A program made the translations under genes and the position numbers. Under the pieces are notes generated by a model. It made no database searches. It was given only the letters and a program-made list of their open reading frames with translations, and had not been told where the DNA came from. A stretch of 63,338 nt of DNA, filler included, from Folioceros fuciformis (lineage: Eukaryota): assembly GCA_049999805.1 (NCBI GenBank). It is 6 parts of 6 records of this genome, joined end to end, with 100 filler letters (N's around TTAATTAATTAA, not from the genome) between each part and the next. Parts side by side here need not be neighbours in the genome. Positions count along the whole stretch, not along the records: positions 58,642 to 63,338 come from JBNGIO010005639.1; 5 more parts are not named here. One strand, 5' to 3'. Shown here piece after piece: positions 62,101 through 63,338 of the stretch (positions are counted from its first letter, which is position 1; each line of letters opens with the position of its first letter).

Positions 62101-63338
62101 AATGGTAGATAATTACATGCCTTGTTTTCCATGACAATGGCAGGGTTGCACGCCCTGGTTTTTCTCTCTAAACGAGTACCTTGGCTTCTATTTTTTTGTT
62201 GCTTTGTGGATTTAGTTTCCATTCACTATAGTGCCTTGTTGCCTCCATGACCTTTTTACTTGCAGCCTTCATATCCATGGAGCTCAAGCTCCTGCAGCGT
62301 TCCAAACCAAGGGCCTTAGATTCCTGCAGCCTATAAATCCATGTGAGAAAAACCTCCTGCAATTTGAAATCCATGGGGCTCCAGAGTGCAATGGCAAATC
62401 CATGGCAAACCTTCTATGCTCACGAAGGCAGACACACACTTGCCCGTCTTTGCCCGTGGAAGACGAAAGGTGAGACGTGGTTCTGTCCGTGGAAGAAGAA
62501 AAAGCGGGACTTGGTTCCAGCCAGGCGCAAGTCAATATTTTATTGAAGATATACGCATATCCGTATATGTATATTGTGTGTAGTGTAATAGTTTGCGCTG
62601 TAGAACAAAGACAATAGTTCGCTCGTGATCTGCATTGCCAGCCCGTTTTTCGCGGCGATAACCCACGGCTTGCAGGTGCCGCTTTGTTTCACCGGTTGCC
62701 CGTGCCCTGCAAAACCACACGTAGATGCTGACCGTATCCTTATGCACAAGCCATGGGATGTCATGCATGAAGCATGGCACGGCTGCACGAGTGGATCGGT
62801 GGGGCCCAGATCTGGCCACTGATTTTTACGGCTAGCCGAATCCCCAACCTTGGCATGACGGAAACGGATTCCTCGACACCACTTGGCAGTCGGAGACAAG
62901 CCGACGATCACACACCGGAATGACTCAAGTACATGGGGGTTTTTTTTTCCTGCCATGCCGCGGAATATCGTATGCGCATTCGCATAACTTCCGACCTAAC
63001 GTCTAGTGCGGTCTGCCTAAGAAAAGCTCTGCGCATTGGGCCCATCTTTTCATTTCTGTACAAAGCCTTCACACGGAAAGTGAAAAAGCGAAGATTCGTG
63101 ACTAGTGCTCTAAATAAAAATCAGACCGTGTTGACTGCACTAATTGTACGTCCTGTCCTGTGCAGCAGTGGGTCACTCGTTGTACGTCACAATGCGTCCC
63201 CATGTGGTTCCCCATATCCCAGAGCGTAGGCACTCCAGCTGCACTACCTGAGAGTGGTCCACAGAAAGGTTCACCTGGCCAACACCATTGAGTTGAGATG
63301 AAATAAGAGTTTTCTGGTTAGTTTCGAGCGTGTTATGC

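Noticed and set aside
62100-63338. Short ORFs and small hairpins as a possible MULE TIR
   Set aside because: No recognisable domains and no partner TIR in the window

Overview
Eukaryotic, land-plant genomic DNA (probably a non-seed plant; this is an inference). It is a draft assembly with N-gaps, several carrying an artificial TTAATTAATTAA linker. There is one intact host gene: an 11-exon CHASE-domain hybrid histidine kinase (cytokinin receptor, about 988 aa) at 50556-55412 (+). The rest is mostly nested transposons: seven related Ty1/copia elements (A, B, D, E, F, G, H), L1-type LINE fragments, two gypsy-like gag-protease relics, several orphan LTRs, and two decayed MULE/SWIM transposases, one holding a 158-bp tandem array. 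Main finding: every copia element carries an extra sense ORF (ORF0) between the tRNA-iMet PBS and gag. ORF0 starts MP[R/S] in six of seven, has a basic N-terminus (often FPPR/RFP and CxxC) and a coiled-coil-like C-terminus. Elements F and H conserve its C-terminus at protein level with synonymous changes. Copies that keep their 3' region also show an antisense ORF between RNase H and the PPT. Part of the lineage has non-canonical TG...TA LTR ends. Together this suggests a 'complex' copia lineage with accessory genes.
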